From the human T2T-CHM13v2.0 reference genome, Homo sapiens, in assembly GCF_009914755.1 (NCBI RefSeq), contig NC_060925.1: a DNA stretch of 64,000 bases, one strand, 5' to 3'. Numbering within the stretch: position 1 is the first letter of the stretch; each line of letters opens with the position of its first letter. The notes under the pieces were generated by a model. That model had not been told where the DNA came from, did no database searches, and worked only from the letters and a program-made list of their open reading frames with translations. The translations under genes were made by a program, and so were the position numbers. Below, piece after piece: positions 41,866-57,551 of the stretch.

Positions 41866-44800
41866 CAGTAGACACACTCTAAGGTGAGGCTCAATGGATC
41901 ATGCCTTGTATAATACACACCCCTTAAGTGTAAGTAGAACTTGTGTCTTGCTTCTAGCCAATAAAATATGGCAACAGGGGAGGGACTTTGCAGATATAAT
42001 TAAGGTCCCAAATCAGTTGAATTTGAGTTGACTAAAAGGAGATTATCCTGAGTGGGGCCTGACCGTAATTCTTTTCTAAGAATGGTAGCCTAAATTCTTT
42101 TTAGGCATAAGCTCAGGGGTTATTTTTATGGTGGGATGGGAGATGGGTGAGGGTAAGCTGGGATAGAGAGTTTGAAGAAGTGATAAGGGTTTAGAATAGC
42201 TGTTGTAAAGAATGAGTTTCACAAGAATGCCAAGTCCTTATAGCAGTGGTCTACATGGAATATCTGGCATCCTCTAAGTAGTTAGAATTCCTAGGCTTTT
42301 ACTGAATAAAGGATATACAGTAAAGAAAGTAATAAATGGTGGCTTAATTAAATACATGTTATCAAATTCCTCATCTTGAACCATTTTAAAGGTTGTAGGT
42401 TATGTCCTTTAACTTGGCAAATAAACTAAACCCTTATATACAATTTATTTTTATAACATAAACCTTTCTATTGCAGTGTATTTTTCACTGTGATCCTTCC
42501 AGCCCTGATGGTATCCAAATTACCTATCCTTCAAACTTGGACTTGAAGGCAAACAAGGCTTCGATATTGAAGGCAGAGGAAAAAGGAACTCGGAGCAGTG
42601 AGAGGAGCATGAATAAAGGCTGGTAGCGACGGCTCTGCTTGCATTAGTCAGAATTCCTTCTGTTGTAGGTGTCAGGAATTCAACTTAAACCAACTTAAGC
42701 AAAAACTGAAATTGGATTTCAAAACTGGGAATACTAGAGATGGATCTGGTCTTAGGCATGATTGGATCTAGCATTTCAAACAGTGTCACTGGGACCCCCT
42801 GCAGTAGGACTGCCCTTACACTCTGGCAAGCAAGGCCCCTCTGCTGAGCCCTGAGCCTCAGGGAGTCCTGTCACTTGGACATCCTTGGACACATTTTCAA
42901 GTCTTCCTTTGAATTAGCAGTGCCAATGGGGCAGAGTACCCTGGGCTAAGACCAGATACCATATGCATCCCAGCTGCTGGAAACATCTTCATCAGAATGT
43001 TTTAAGTCCTGTCTGTGACTGGGATTGACCAGGGCCAGTAGAGTTACCTGAACCTGGATCAGGATCCAAGTGGGCCCCTTCCCCTGTTTTGTGCTTTTGG
43101 GGTGGTCTCAAACCTGCTATCCTGTGTGTGGAGTCAAACAGATGCCCCAACTAGCTCCAGGACTCATACTCCTAGGGTCATCCTTAGGTTCTGAGGCTGG
43201 GCCCCAGTTCCGGGAAGGCAGCCTGATGAGAATCATTCCCATTGGCCAGAGTGTTAATTCTTTTGTGGGATTGTGTGAGATTGGGATGCCAGAATGATGC
43301 TGACACACTGATTTTGGATGACACTCAGTCACTTCAGACAAGATGAATTCAGGTCTTTGGGGTACTAACAACTCAAGTTAACCCTTAGTTTGAGCTGCAC
43401 ATATGGGCTCTTGGGTCACCTGTTGTCCATCCAAGTTTCAGCCACAGTGCTGCTTTCAGGTTATAGTACTTGAGGGTGGCTTGGTGATGGCAGACATCCT
43501 TTACCTTGTGCCCCCACCACTGGCACCCAGGGCAGTCATCCCACCCTCTCTGCTGACTCCATACTTTGGGTCAGGCAATCCTCCAGGGTGGCCATGCCTC
43601 TTCTCTGAGTACTTTTGAGATAATTACCATGCAAAGCCATTGGATCATTAGGATCAATGTCCACACTTGCCCCAACTTGATAAGGGCTGTGCTCTTCTAA
43701 GTCAGTCTTAAGCTGTGCTAGACTAAGGGCATGCATTCCTTGTGAAAATGAGACCACACTTATCTTCTACTCCACGAGTTCATTGCCTATCCCCTGTTGT
43801 CAGAAGTATATGGAGGACATGGGTGTGGTCAAGATAGAAAGAGGTCACATTCTACAAATGGAGTGATTATGTCCAAAAGAACTCAAGAGAAAATGTAGTT
43901 GAAATATGTGCTGTTATGTTTATGCTTTAAAGTTACAAATGGTAAGTATAACATGAGAAGAAAAACAAGTGATCATTCATATTTTCCTGCATACACTGGA
44001 TAAGACTTGTGTTCGTGGCCATCATGCATGAAGCACAGTAACCACCTCTGAGAGAGTCATTGGAAGTCACTCTTCATGTGTGGCACCATGGATGATGCAG
44101 CTTAATGAGCAATCATGCAATTAGCATTAAGTAAATTGTATTGGGAAATTCGCAGGGGCCAGAACATCTATATCCTTCCAGTACGAATGAGGTTCTAAAG
44201 AGCCATGACAGTGTGAGTAATGAGAGCACGGTCACCTTTTTCTCATGGTAGAAGATGTACTGTTAGTGAGGAACAGTGCATTCAGAAATAACAAAGATGA
44301 AGCCATGATTCCTGAACCTAAGCAGAAAAGATGGTATCTGGACACTACAAAGACTCTTTATGTAAACAGATTGGACCATAAACAAATACAAAAGTACCTC
44401 TTCTCTACCCAGTATTCTAAATCTTCAGCAATAAACCTCTATACATTACATGGGCCCAAGAATTTTGTAAAACGTGTTTGGATCCAGTGATTTATATAAA
44501 CAGGGGTCCTGCAAAAATTCTTTGCCTGAATTCTCTGTCTCTATCTCTTACATGTGCCTCCTTTGGTACATTTGGCCTCATTCTGTCCTGCAGACAAGAT
44601 TTCTCCATAAGGCAGGGAGTGTGGATGCAAGTGTGGCTCTTGGGTTATATCTTAATGAGAGATGAGAATGATATCTATTCCAGAAAATTCTGGAAGACAT
44701 TGATTGTTTCAGTGGCGGGGGGGTGTGCCCACTCCTTGAATCAATTATTGTGTCCGGAGGAATGTAATCAACAACTAACCTAGCTTGGATCACCTACTAA

Positions 44801-45975
44801 AATCCTCTGCCAGAGGCAGCATTAACATACTTGATAGTCCCACCAGAACCACATGGAGTAAAGGAGGAGCAGTTGAGGGGCTAGTGCTGTTTCCAAAGTA
44901 AAAGGGAGGCAGGACAAAGGAAAACAACAGATGCACCTACTAAAGTTCCTAACATGGAATAGGAACCTGGAAAAGTGGGTGGCAGACGAAACCCGGAAGA
45001 CATGATTGTAGTATATTTAGATTACAATGTATTTCATAACTAAAGTGGAGTTGGTGAAATAAACTAAAATGCCCTGTCCAATCATCTATAACGTTCATAA
45101 AATAATATTAAGCAAAGGCTCTATAAAGTAAAACTCAGGAAATGATAAAAGGAGTCTAAGTTTTATGTTCCAAATTGGCAACACATGAGACACCTACCCA
45201 AATCAGAACAATATGATTAATAATCTTTGCTTTTCATTTTTATAAGAAATAAACCTTTAAATTCACCTTCACACTTTCCTGAAAACCTAGTTTAGAAAAT
45301 CAAACACACAAATGCGTTCAGTTATTCAAACAAGCATGGCCTTAAGAAGCAAAAATAAGCATTTGAAGTTTTTATCTATACAGAAAAGTTTTGCTATATC
45401 ATTTATTTAGTGTAAGACTAATTGTTGATAATAAAATGTCTTTTTAAAAAAACTATGCATAAAAAGCAAAACAAACAAAATAAATAACACAGGAAACTCT
45501 GTAAACCCTGCTGAAGGTTTTGAGAGGCTAAGTTTTCAGAACTGCTGTTTGCATTTCTAAAATATGATGAACTATTTATAATCCCAACATTTCCAGAATT
45601 CAGCATATTTAAATGCTGCTAACTGACTTTACAAGCCAAGGGATTTAAGCTAGAACTGCAAGCAACATGGATAGAATAGTCAAACGCAGACCAGATGGCT
45701 CTTTAATGCAAGTGAAGTAGGCTGGTGGTAATGAAGTGTTATCTAAGGATTGGGAAAAAAAAAACAACCACACACTTCAAAAATATCTCTCTTATTCAAG
45801 AGTTTTGGTGCCTGAAACTCCACCTTTAGCAAATGGGGAAGGCAAAGGACATATGTTGCTTTTTGCCTGCCCAGCATCTATTCCTCCTACTGGTAACAAA
45901 TCCAGTTTTGTTTTTCCTTAGGAAAGCTCCTTTCTCCAGCTCTTCTTCTCTTTTCTTTTTTCTTTTCTCTCTCTC

Positions 45976-46101
45976 TTTTTTTTTTTTTTTTTAAGAAACT
46001 ATGTTGCCGAGGCTGGTCTTGACCTCCTGGCCTCAAACCATTCTCTCACTTTGGCCTCCTGAAGTGCTGGGATTACAGGCCTAAGTCACTGCATTTGGCC
46101 C
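45976..46101 (-). mobile_element. Alu left-arm/FLAM fragment within an MLT1-like LTR
   Basis: Poly-T then actatgttgccgaggctggtcttgacctcctggcctcaa...gtgctgggattacaggc. Confidence 0.8.
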
Positions 46102-47523
46102 TTCTAGCTTTTCTTGAAGCAATTAAGTGTAGTTAATTCTGATGCTAAATTTGGAAGTGGGCATCGTGAGAGGTAGTCTTGACCAATCAGAGAACTGCAT
46201 CTTTCTGGCCTCAGCAAATGGTTAATGGACAGACATATAACCTGATGAGCTCCTGTTGTGGGATTATGGATGGAGGGACTGAGAAAGAGACAGTACTCCT
46301 TCCCTGGGAAAGCTAGCAGCAAGAGTGATATAAGCTTGGTTTGCCAGAGCTGTTCCGCCTTCTCCCCACCCACTCACTTAGACGAACCACTGTGGTGATG
46401 GGATTGGGGAACGCCTTTGTAGGCTTCTGCCTAGGCCTTAGAGTCAACCAACATGGCTCCCCAGTGACATTTTCTAGCTCTCTTAGATAACTAAGGATGA
46501 TTCATTGACATCTGTAAAGCACTAACTTCCATGTTTTCCAAACAAATCCTAAAATACATGTTTCAGGAGAACCGTGTTACCCTATGTAAATGTGTGGTAT
46601 TAATATTGCTGCTAATCCTCACACAAGAGGGAAAAAGAGATATCCATTTGTAAGGAATCACTGGAATTTCCTTATTTGTATCAGTCCTCTTGGAAAGAAG
46701 CTAAATGGATATTCATATTTTCCATTACAAAAGTAGAATATAAATACTGAATTTACTGTATATACAGTAAAGAAGTTCTGTATATTGGAAAGGTCTCAGA
46801 GTATTGTAATCAACAAGGACCTTTGAAACAAATCCATTTTGTTCCATCTTGGAAGTCTTCCATAGTGACTCACAAAGCCAACAGTGGGAAGAAAGGCATG
46901 GTAAGATTATTTCTCTGAGTTTATGTCTCTTCTCCCTCATTTCCAAATCTGGCAAGGTTCTAGAAGAAACCATCTACAGTGTGAGGGGAGGTGGCTTAAC
47001 AGTGGGCCCATCTTATAAATGTTTAGGAGTAGAATGACACGAGTTTGTGCATATGTTTTGCTACTTCCGTTCCTACCTTCCCCCAAATCGCTTACTGTAC
47101 ACCTCCATTGAGACAGAGGATACTGTGTGACAGATAGTGCCCTAGGCCTCATGGATACAGCAACAAAAAAGACAGATAAAATTCTTATCTGGTGGAACTT
47201 ATACTTTCTGTTGAATGCTACAGGGAGAAAACAAACAAATCAACCAACAAGGCAACTTCAGGTGGTGATCATAGTATGAAGAAAGTAAAATAAGGTGTGT
47301 GATAAAGAATGATGACCATGTGGGATACTTCAGGTAGGGTGGTCATTATAAAATTTCAGGGCAGAGCACTCCAGGTAGAGGGTACAGCAAGGGCAAAGGC
47401 CCAGAAGCCAGAACAAACTTGGCGTGTTCAGGGCATGGGAGAAGATCAGTGAGGGAGTATGTAGTGGTTTCCCATTGCTGCTCAAATCATCAGAAACTTA
47501 GTAGCTTAAGATAACACACATTT

Positions 47524-48198
<675 letters not shown>

Positions 48199-51018
48199 TT
48201 ACAGTTCTGGAAATCAGAAGTCCAAAATGGGTTTCCCTGGGCTGAATTCAAGGTGTCAGCAGGGCCATACTCCCTCCAGGGGCTCTAGGGAGAATCCCTT
48301 TTCTTGCCTTTCCTAGCATCTACAAGCCACCTGCATTCCTTGGCTTTGGCCCATTCCTCCATCATCAAAACCAGCAGTGTTGCAGCTTCAAATTTCTGTG
48401 ACTGCCCCCTCTCTGCCCTCTTCTTTTCCTCAGAAAGACCCCTGTGGCTACACTGGGCCCATCCAGATAACCCAGGATAATCTCCCCACCTCAAGTTCCT
48501 TAATTTAAACAAATCTGCCCCTTTTGCCATGTAAAGTAACAGGTTCCAGGGATTAGAATGTGGACATTTTGGGGAGGCTATTATTCTAACTACCACAGAG
48601 TATGAAGGAGAAAAGTGGTGGGGAGTTTGAGCCTTAGTCGGCTAAGTGAGAGGGGAAGCCATCAGGGTAGAGACTTGATCTGCTATACATTTTTAACACA
48701 ATCACTCTGAACGTAGTGTGGATAATGGAAGTAGTGATGCCAATGAGGGAGCAAGGAGACCAATTAGGAGGCTTTTGCTGCGGGTTCAAGGGAGAGATGA
48801 TGGGGGCCTACCCTTTGGGAGAGCTGCTTGGCTTCTCTGTGGCTCAGAAGACTTATCATAAAATAAAGTTAATATTGCAGGGCAGTATTGAGTTAGCAAC
48901 AATCCATGTAAAAGATTCAGTGTAGTACTTAATTCCAAATAGTCCTTAAGAAATGTAGCTATTATTTTTATTATGCTTTAAAAGTTAAGTTCTAATAAAG
49001 AATTTGAGCATTTAAGAAGTAGAAGAAATCTTCAGAATTAAGAAAATGAAACCCAGAGAGGAAAAGCAACTTGCCTAAGGATACCTCGTAGTTAGCAGAC
49101 AGCGATCAAACAGAGCATCACAGACGAGTAAGGAGAAAGGGCCACTTTCTGTCCTTACAGTAACCAGGAAAGGAAATTCAGAGCTCAGCGGGAAGGGACT
49201 CAGGGAGGCTGATACCATGTAGCCATTACGCAAAAGACTTGTGGTAGGAAGGGATGTACAGATGGCACCCAAAGACCTAGTTTTAAATCCTATTACTTAT
49301 TGGATATGTGATTTGGAGCAAGTCATTTAATCGCCCTTTACCTCATTAATTTCTCTTAAAAATGGGCACGACAGCACACTCCCCAGGTTGTCATGAAGTT
49401 AAAATGAGAAAATATAAAATAGAGCATTTTGTAAACTGCCAAGGCTATGAAGTTAATTATTATTATGCCTCTCCTCCCAGTAGCCTACTTTCCATTCCCT
49501 CAAACCTTTAAAGGCATGGGGACATGCTTCTTTTTTCAGTTGGGTAGCAAATCTCCTCTTTTCACAGGATTTTTTCCTGAGTGACAGCCTTCTGATGCTC
49601 CTGTCTAGATAATGGTTCCAGCTATGTTCACCAGTTTCTGCTTCTGAGTACATCATTATTTTCCTTCAAAAGTTGACATCCAAATGCAAAATATGCTTTC
49701 TCCAGTAATATGGTTCTGGGTTTTCATTTCTCCAAGTTTTTTTTTTTTTGCTTGCAAATTCATTTATTATAATGGAACTCAGAGGCAATAAAAATAACTG
49801 TACTCTTCAAAAAGATAGAATAGATTTGAAGCTATATGCAACTGGGAATTATTTATAGCAAAGTCAGTTTAAGGATGTATTTAGCTAACTAGCATATCTA
49901 TGTCTTACACAATAGAGTTTGGAGAGGTCTTAGAGAGCATTAGAGATGACAGAGTTTTCAGGCGAAATAAATGGATATAAGCCAGTGCTGCTGTCACCCA
50001 AAAGGCCAAAGCTAAAATAGTAATATTGCCTTTCACTGTTCACACACATGAGCTACAGTGCTGCCAGCTTGTGGATGGCTGATCTGATTAGTAAACCGCA
50101 ACTACCTGCTCTGAATACAACATGGCACTCCCCCTCCTCCACCTGTTTGTTTTCAAGAGTTCACAGCTGTGAGTATATCAAATGCTGTCTAGCATTAGGC
50201 CCACCTTGTTTCTCCCAGGGGAGGGCCCACTTGTCTGTCTTCTCTATGGAGGCCTGAATGGAGCTAAGTCAGCCATTCAGTACATCTAATCAGATGAAAG
50301 TCTATTCCCTGAGGGATGACCTCAATCCCACAGTGAATGAAGAAGGGATCAGCATATCGTGGATCCCAGGGCACCAGGCATTGTCTGGTAAACAAAAAGA
50401 AATTAGAAACACAGGGGTAGGACACAAAAGTCAAGACAGATAAATGCTTTATGTATGCTAATGTTTATCTTTGTTTAAATAAAGGTTTTTGAGACAAGTG
50501 GTGAGTCCCTGGGAATAAATGTCTGGTTAGACTACAGTGTGGGATGGAAAGGGAGAATGCTTGTTCAACAGAAACTGTGAGATTTAGATTTCATAGGTGA
50601 AAGCTCTAGAATCATTAAAAATAAAACAGACTTCCTCCTACCACCAAACCTGTGTTATACAACTGGTCTTGATTTTAGGCAGGGCTCCATTATATTGCAG
50701 GCATATGTACAGCCGAAAGGATGAAGAAAACAGACAAAAAAAAAAAATGAGACTAAAGATTAGCAGTAACTACAGGAATCAACAGTGGCCAGGGGAGGAT
50801 GCTAAATGATATATGAAGATCAACAAAACCCAGAATGTAGAAAATTTTGCAGGACAGATGACCTAGATTTTTCAATAAATAAAATGCAAGAAAAAAATTA
50901 AAAGAGGAAAGGAAACCTATAGAATAAAAGAGACACAAGAGACATATCAATCAAATGCAATATGTGGACCAAGTCTGGATCTTGACTTGAAAAAATAAGT
51001 GTTAAAAAATCCATGAGA

Positions 51019-52648
51019 CAACTCAAAATGGATTAAAGATTTAGAAATGTAAGGCCTGAAACTATAAAACTCCTAGAAAAAAAAGACATAGGGAAAAACT
51101 ACTTGATATTAGTCTGAGCAATGATTTTTTGGATATGATACCAAAAGTACAGGCAATAAAAACAGAAATAAGCAAGGGTAACTACATCAAACTAAAAACT
51201 TCTGCACAGCAAAAGAAACAATAAACAAAATGAAAAAGCAACCTACAGAATGGGATAAAATATTTGTAAACTCTATATCTGACAAGTGGTAAATATTGAA
51301 AACATAAGGAATGTATACAACTCAATAGCAAAAAAACAAATAGACCAATAAAAAAATGGGCAAAAGATGGTCAGGTGCGGTAGCTCACACCTGTAATCCC
51401 AGCACTTTGGGAGGCCGAGGTGGGCAGATCACGATGTCAGGAGATCAAGACCATCTTGGCTAACACGGTGAAACCCCGTCTCTACTAAAAAATACAAAAA
51501 ATTCGCCAGACTTGGTGGCGGGTGCCTGTAGTCCCAGCTACTCAGGAGGCTGAGGCAGGAGAATGGCGTGAACCCGAGAGGCAGAGCTTACAGTGAGCCG
51601 AGATTGCGCCACTGCACTCCAGCCTGGGCAACAGAGAGAGATTCCGTCTCAAAAAAAAAAAAAAAAAAAAAGGCAAAAGATCGTAATAGACATTTTTCTA
51701 AAGAAGACATACTAATGACCAGCATGTGTATGAAAAGGTGCTCAACATTACTAATCATCAGGGAAATGCAAATCATAACCAAAATGACATATCACCTCAC
51801 ATCTGTTAGGATGGTTATTATAAAAAAAAGACAAAAGATAACATGCATTGACAATGGTGTACAGAAAATAAAACCCATTTACATCATTGGTGGGAATGTA
51901 AGGCTATGGTAGTTATGGAAAACAGTATGGAAGTTCCACAAAAAATTAAAAATAGAACTACCGTATGATCCAGCAATTCCACTACCAGGTGTATATCCAA
52001 AGGATATGAAATCAGTATCTAGAAGAGACATCTGCACCCACAAGTTCATTGCAGCATAATTCACAATAGCCAAAATATGGAAAATCCTAAGTGTCCATCT
52101 ACAGATGAAGCAATAAAGAAAATACAGTAACATGATCAGTGGAATATTATTCAGCCAGAAGGAAAAGAAAATTTTGACATCTGTGACAACACGGATAAAC
52201 TTGGAGGACATTATACTAAGTAAAATACGTTGGACACAAAAAGACTAATACTGTATGATCTTGCTTATATGTGGAATCTATAGTCAAGCCCACAGAAGCA
52301 GAGAGTTGAATGGTGGTTGGCAGGGACTGGAAGTTGGGGAAAATAGGAAGATGTTGGTTAAAGGGTAAAAACTTTCAGTTATAAGATGAGTAAGTTCTGA
52401 GAATATAATGTACAGCATGGTGAATATAGTTAATAATAGTGTATTTTATACTAGAAATTTGCTAAGAAAATAGATCTGCAGTGTTCTTACTATTCCCCCC
52501 AAAATGGTAACTATGTGAGATGATGGATGTGTTAATTAAATCAACTGTATTAATCACTTCATGATACATACATATATCAAATCATCACATTATACACCTT
52601 AAATATATACAATGTTTGTAAATTATACCTCAGTAAAGCTGGGGAAAT
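51019..52648 (+). mobile_element. 5'-truncated L1MA-type element (ORF2 3' end plus 3' UTR), inserted in an older L1M
   Basis: caactcaaaatggattaaag...gaaactataaaactcctagaa...aattatacctcagtaaagctgggg; degenerate TSD aaatccatgaga / aaattcatgaga. Confidence 0.85.
51369..51671 (+). mobile_element. AluY-like element inserted in L1
   Basis: Full Alu with long A tail; TSD ggcaaaagat at 51359-51368 and 51672-51681. Confidence 0.94.
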
Positions 52649-55600
52649 AAATTCATGAGAACTTTGGGAAGATTTGAACACTGGATATTTGACAAAATTA
52701 AGCCATATTTCTTAGAGACATATATTGAACATTTATAGATACAATGATATAATGTTCAGGATTTGGTTTAAAATATGAAACATGATTGTCCATAGTTGAT
52801 CATTATTAAGGCTGGGAGATGGATACGTGGGAATTCTTTATGCTACCCTCCTTACTTCTGTATATGGTTAAAATTTTACATAATAAAAATTTTTTAAATG
52901 ATCAGGCTTTGAATAATAAAACAGAAATTAGAAATACTTTGTAGTATTTTTAAGTATTTTTGTATAAGGATACTACGAATGTCAAATCAAAGTTTATGAA
53001 CAGAGAAGCTCTTTTCTAAATGAGTTAATACACATAGAGCACTTAAGATGCTGGGTCCACTACATGCTGAGTGCTCAGGAAGGTTAACCATTGTTATTAT
53101 TTTCTTTAATGTAATGCATCTAAATCTTCATCTACAAACACAAGTATATAAGGAACAGAGCTTTATTTTTCTGCAATTGGACATAATCCCTTTTTCAATC
53201 CCACTTTCTCCTAGGGTGGTAGAAAAAAACCTCAGTCAATTCCAGGATTCTCCTGAACTTTTACCTGTAATTGTATCTAAATTGCAAGAGGCTCCTAAAG
53301 CTCCAAGTGTTGGACTTGGAGGTATGCGGGGAAGTCTATCTGATCCTCAAAGTCTTCTGTTCGCATTTGCCATCTGCTGAGACATCCGTTGTCCCATATG
53401 ACCCACTCACCTGCGTGTTCTCCCTTTCCCCCATCTTTGGGTTGGATGGGTCTCTAATCTACTTCTAGGCCAATCTCTGGCCCTGGGGAGTCTTCTGCTC
53501 CTGTCACAGTGATGCTTCCATGAGATACTCCAGGGTCATTTCTTCTCTGCGTTTTCCCCACTCTCTGAGGCTCCATCTGGGAAACAAGACACTGATTTCT
53601 ACTTCTTTTGAACCTCACAAACATAGGCTAGATTTTGCCCTTTTGTTTCCCTCCACTGCTTCCAGTCCAGGCTGAGCCCAGAGAACTGGAGCAGGGCCTC
53701 CTTTCTTTCAGACCCAACAACAATGATTTCTCACGTACCTTCCATTTCCCTTCAACACTACGTTCTCTTCCAACCTGGGAAGCCCTTGTTCTTATTCAGC
53801 TGTTTTCCCTCACCTATTTTTCTGAGCCCTTTAAAAACCCAAACACCAGGAAAAAGGTGCCTTTTTCTCTGCTTTCTCTTATTATAGCCTGTCTTCAAGG
53901 CAATGATTAGAAAAAGAGTAGCCGACTACCAGAGGAAAGGAACTGATGGGGGAATATGTCCTTAAAATATTTCAATTATTCCTTCTTCCATTCCAACAAT
54001 GCATGAGTGGAAAAAAGTACACAGCTGAGTTACTTAACCTTATTCAAACTCCCATAATTAGTTTAGACAGCCTGGCTATGTTTCAGAACGTCCGGAATGA
54101 AGATCATATTGAATGTCTCCCCTCGCTTAGCCCCTGAAAGAACAGATAAAATCTCCATTGTAGGTTTACAGCTACAAAGATTTCCACTTCAAAATTTTCC
54201 AAAAACACATGAATTCGATTCCAGTAGAACTCATAAAAGCTAGCAAGCTTAGACCAAGAAAAATGTGGCCAGATAACATTCACCAGCTGCTGCACTTTGA
54301 GTTTTAGTTGAAGCGTTCAAGTTTTCAGTAAAGTCCCCCCTCCCTCCATTCGTGCCTTTTTAAAAGACGAAATAGAAGCTAGTGAAAGTAAATTTTAATG
54401 CGTTTAGTTCTGGATTGTCCCATCCTGCTGCACATTTGGATCTCATGTCATGCTAGGAGTTGCATTCATTTTTCCATTCATGCATTCACTAAATATTTAG
54501 TGAGTGTGTGTTAGGACTGTGCTGAGAACTCACAGTCACAACTAAGCATGTGGCAGTTTGCTTCTTCTTAAATATATTTTGGGCTTGTTTCCCAATCCAA
54601 CTTGACCAGTCTATGGAAACAAATTTGAAAAACCATTAAACTATTAAATGCTCTGGCCAGAAACATTAATTATTACGGGCTAAGAAATGTGTCATCAGAA
54701 AACATGTGATTAAGAAAAAAAAGCATTAATAGTGGCTTTCAGCCGAACAGGCAGAGAGTGGAATGAAAAGGCCTTTTATTAATGTGTAACTGTGCGAATG
54801 AAGCACGGTGGTGAGAGTGCTTTGTGCCATCTGAGTATCAGGTTAAATGCCACTGCATTATTACTGGTCTAATGAATTTTAAAAGTATCATTCTAAAGCA
54901 AATCTAGTGAGCAACAAAGATAAGGAAATTCTGCTGCCACAGCTGAAAACATTGCCACCACCAAGGCACTTTCTAAACCAGCATATGCTCAGAATGGATT
55001 ACACTTTGCACCCATTGGAAACTCCCTCCTCAAAACAAACATCTCTTTGAACTTGCAGTTCTTAACCCAAGTTAAAGACTAAGAAAAAAAGCACTAATTG
55101 TAATCTAACAGTTCAGGGACCAAAAGGCCAGGTGTTCGCCTTAGTTCACAGTGTCATGCATAGTTCACTGAAAGTTAACTATTCGATGTTACATTTTTTT
55201 CTTACATATCCTGTATTTTTTCCTCCAAAATCAAAAGCTGAAACTCTCTTTGTTAAATTTCTATTAATTAGTAATAATTATGGGGCCTACTGCCAGCTGA
55301 ATCAGATCATTGGCTAAAAAGAAAGGTTCCCTTATAGAAGTTGCTGGGTTGTTTTATTATTTATAGAATAGTTAAGGGGTCAAAGCTATTTCCATATGAA
55401 ATCTAAATAAAGTGGGTGTTCAGATGAGATCCCATCTGGAGATTAGTGACTTTGAAAACGCAATATATAAAAGAGAAATAAGAAGAAATATCCTTTCTCA
55501 AATACTTAACCAGCAGTTACAGTATAAGGATGAACACTTCTATTTAAATCACATTTTGTGATAAAAGCCATGTCTGTGCAAATCTACATGGGAAGTGGTA

Positions 55601-56164
55601 AAAATGAAGACAGAAACAGTTTCTTCAACTAAGAGCCATAAAATACCTCACTATGGTATTTGTAAGTTATCAGGAACCATGACTCAGTCTGCACCAATAG
55701 AAACCAGACTTTCTGATAGAAGAGAGGTTTGCTGACTCAGAGTCTTCTTGTCTCCCTCAAATTAGGCCCTCTGCCTCAAAGTCCCAGGGCTTCATCTACA
55801 GATCAAACTGGTAATTCTTAGGTAACACTGAACAAAGGCTTAGTAATAAAGGGTGAGCTAATTATAGCCTCAAATCCAATGCACGTTATTTGACAAAGGA
55901 TATTGAAGGATAGTAGGTAGCGCAGAGGGTCAGTAGTGGAGGCTATCCTTGTAGAGTCAGAAGCAAGGCTCAAACCACATGATAGGGGCTACTCTGGAGA
56001 AGACCCCATAGCTCATACTAATAGGGATAGGACTAGATGCCAAGAACTCTGCCGTGACTGCTCTTTAAACATGGGATGTTTCCAACCCCACCTTCACCAA
56101 TAGATCCTTTCTTCACTGTACCTACATTTCATTTTACTCACTTCTAAATAAGAGGTATGCACAG

Positions 56165-56705
56165 TGTGAACCCCAAATATCTGAGGTAGGTCTCAGTCAA
56201 TTTTAGGAAGTTTATTTACCAAGGTTCAGAATGCGCCCATGACACAGCCTCAGGAGATCCTGACAACATGTGCCCAAGGTCGGGGCACAGCTTGGTTTTA
56301 CACATTTTAGGGAGACATGAGACATCAATCAATATATGTAAGATGTACATTGGTTCAGACCAGAAAGGTGGGAAAATCGAAGTGGGGAGGGGGCTTCCAG
56401 GTCATAGGTAGATAAGAGACAAATGGTTGCATTCTTTTGAGTTTCTGATTAGCCTCTTCAAAGGAAGCAATCAGATATGTGTTTATCTCAGTGAGCAGAA
56501 GGGATGACTTTTGAGTTCTGTCTGTCTTTTGTCAGCAAGGAAGTTCCTTGTGAACTAATTGTGAGGGAGGTCTGTAGCTTTTTTATCTTAGTAGCTATCT
56601 TTATTAGGGTTAGAATGGGAGGCAGGTTTGCCCTAAGCAGTTCCAGCTTGACTCTTCCCTTTGGCTTAGTGATTTTGGGGTCCCAAGATTTATTTTCCTT
56701 TCATA
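56165..56705 (-). mobile_element. MER4A1-type ERV1 solo LTR
   Basis: tgtgaaccccaaatatctgag...cagttccagcttgactcttccctttggcttagtgattttggggtcccaagatttattttcctttcata; 4-bp flanks acag/gcag. Confidence 0.87.
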
Positions 56706-57150
56706 GCAGATAGGGCTGAATCAGGGTCACATGCCTGTACCCTAGCTGCAAGGAAGAATAATTTGAGGAAGAGGAAATCAGTATGGAAATTCTACAAACA
56801 GTGAGTGAAAGGATGCTAGGTGATCACAAACCTGAATAATGCTGACTTTAGTCTACCCCTTGACTGTTCAAAGGTAATATTCAGCTCTCCTTCTATACCA
56901 GCATTTCCCAACTCTTCATTTTAAGAGCCAAGAACATGCTCCCCTTCTTTATGTCATACCCTTTTCCTAGCAAGAGTCAGGATTTGATCACAATTACTTC
57001 CCCCAATTCATACTCCATTATCCCCTCTTCTCTTGCCACCATTAAATAACCACATGGCTCTCTGTTTTTGTGGGGTTGATAATTCCTCATTGAAACAGTG
57101 GTTATTTATTGTTTTGATTGTTACTATATTAAGCTTTGGGAGGGATCGGG

Positions 57151-57551
57151 TGTGACGGTTAATTTTGTCAGCTTGGATAAGATATGGTGGCTAATTTTCT
57201 GGTCAAATACCAATCTAGATGTTGTTACGAAAGTATTTTTTTTAGATGTGGTTAACATTTAAACCAGTAGACTTTGAGTAAAGCAGCTTGCTCCATAATG
57301 TGGTGAGCCTCATCTAATCACTTGAAGGCTTTGAAGAGAAATGACAGAAGTCCCTCGAGGAAAAAGAAATTCTGCTTCCAGATTGCCTTCAGACTCAAGA
57401 TTGCAACATCAACTCTTCCCTGGGTCTTCATCCTGCTGGCCTACAGGATGAAATCTGGCCAACATTCATGATTGTGTGAGGCAATTCCTTAAAATAAATG
57501 TCTCTCTCTTTTCAGCTCATTGGTTCTGTTTCTCTGGAGAACGCTAATACA
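57151..57551 (+). mobile_element. MLT2 (ERVL) LTR
   Basis: tgtgacggttaattttgtcagcttg...ttggttctgtttctctggagaacgctaataca. Confidence 0.82.
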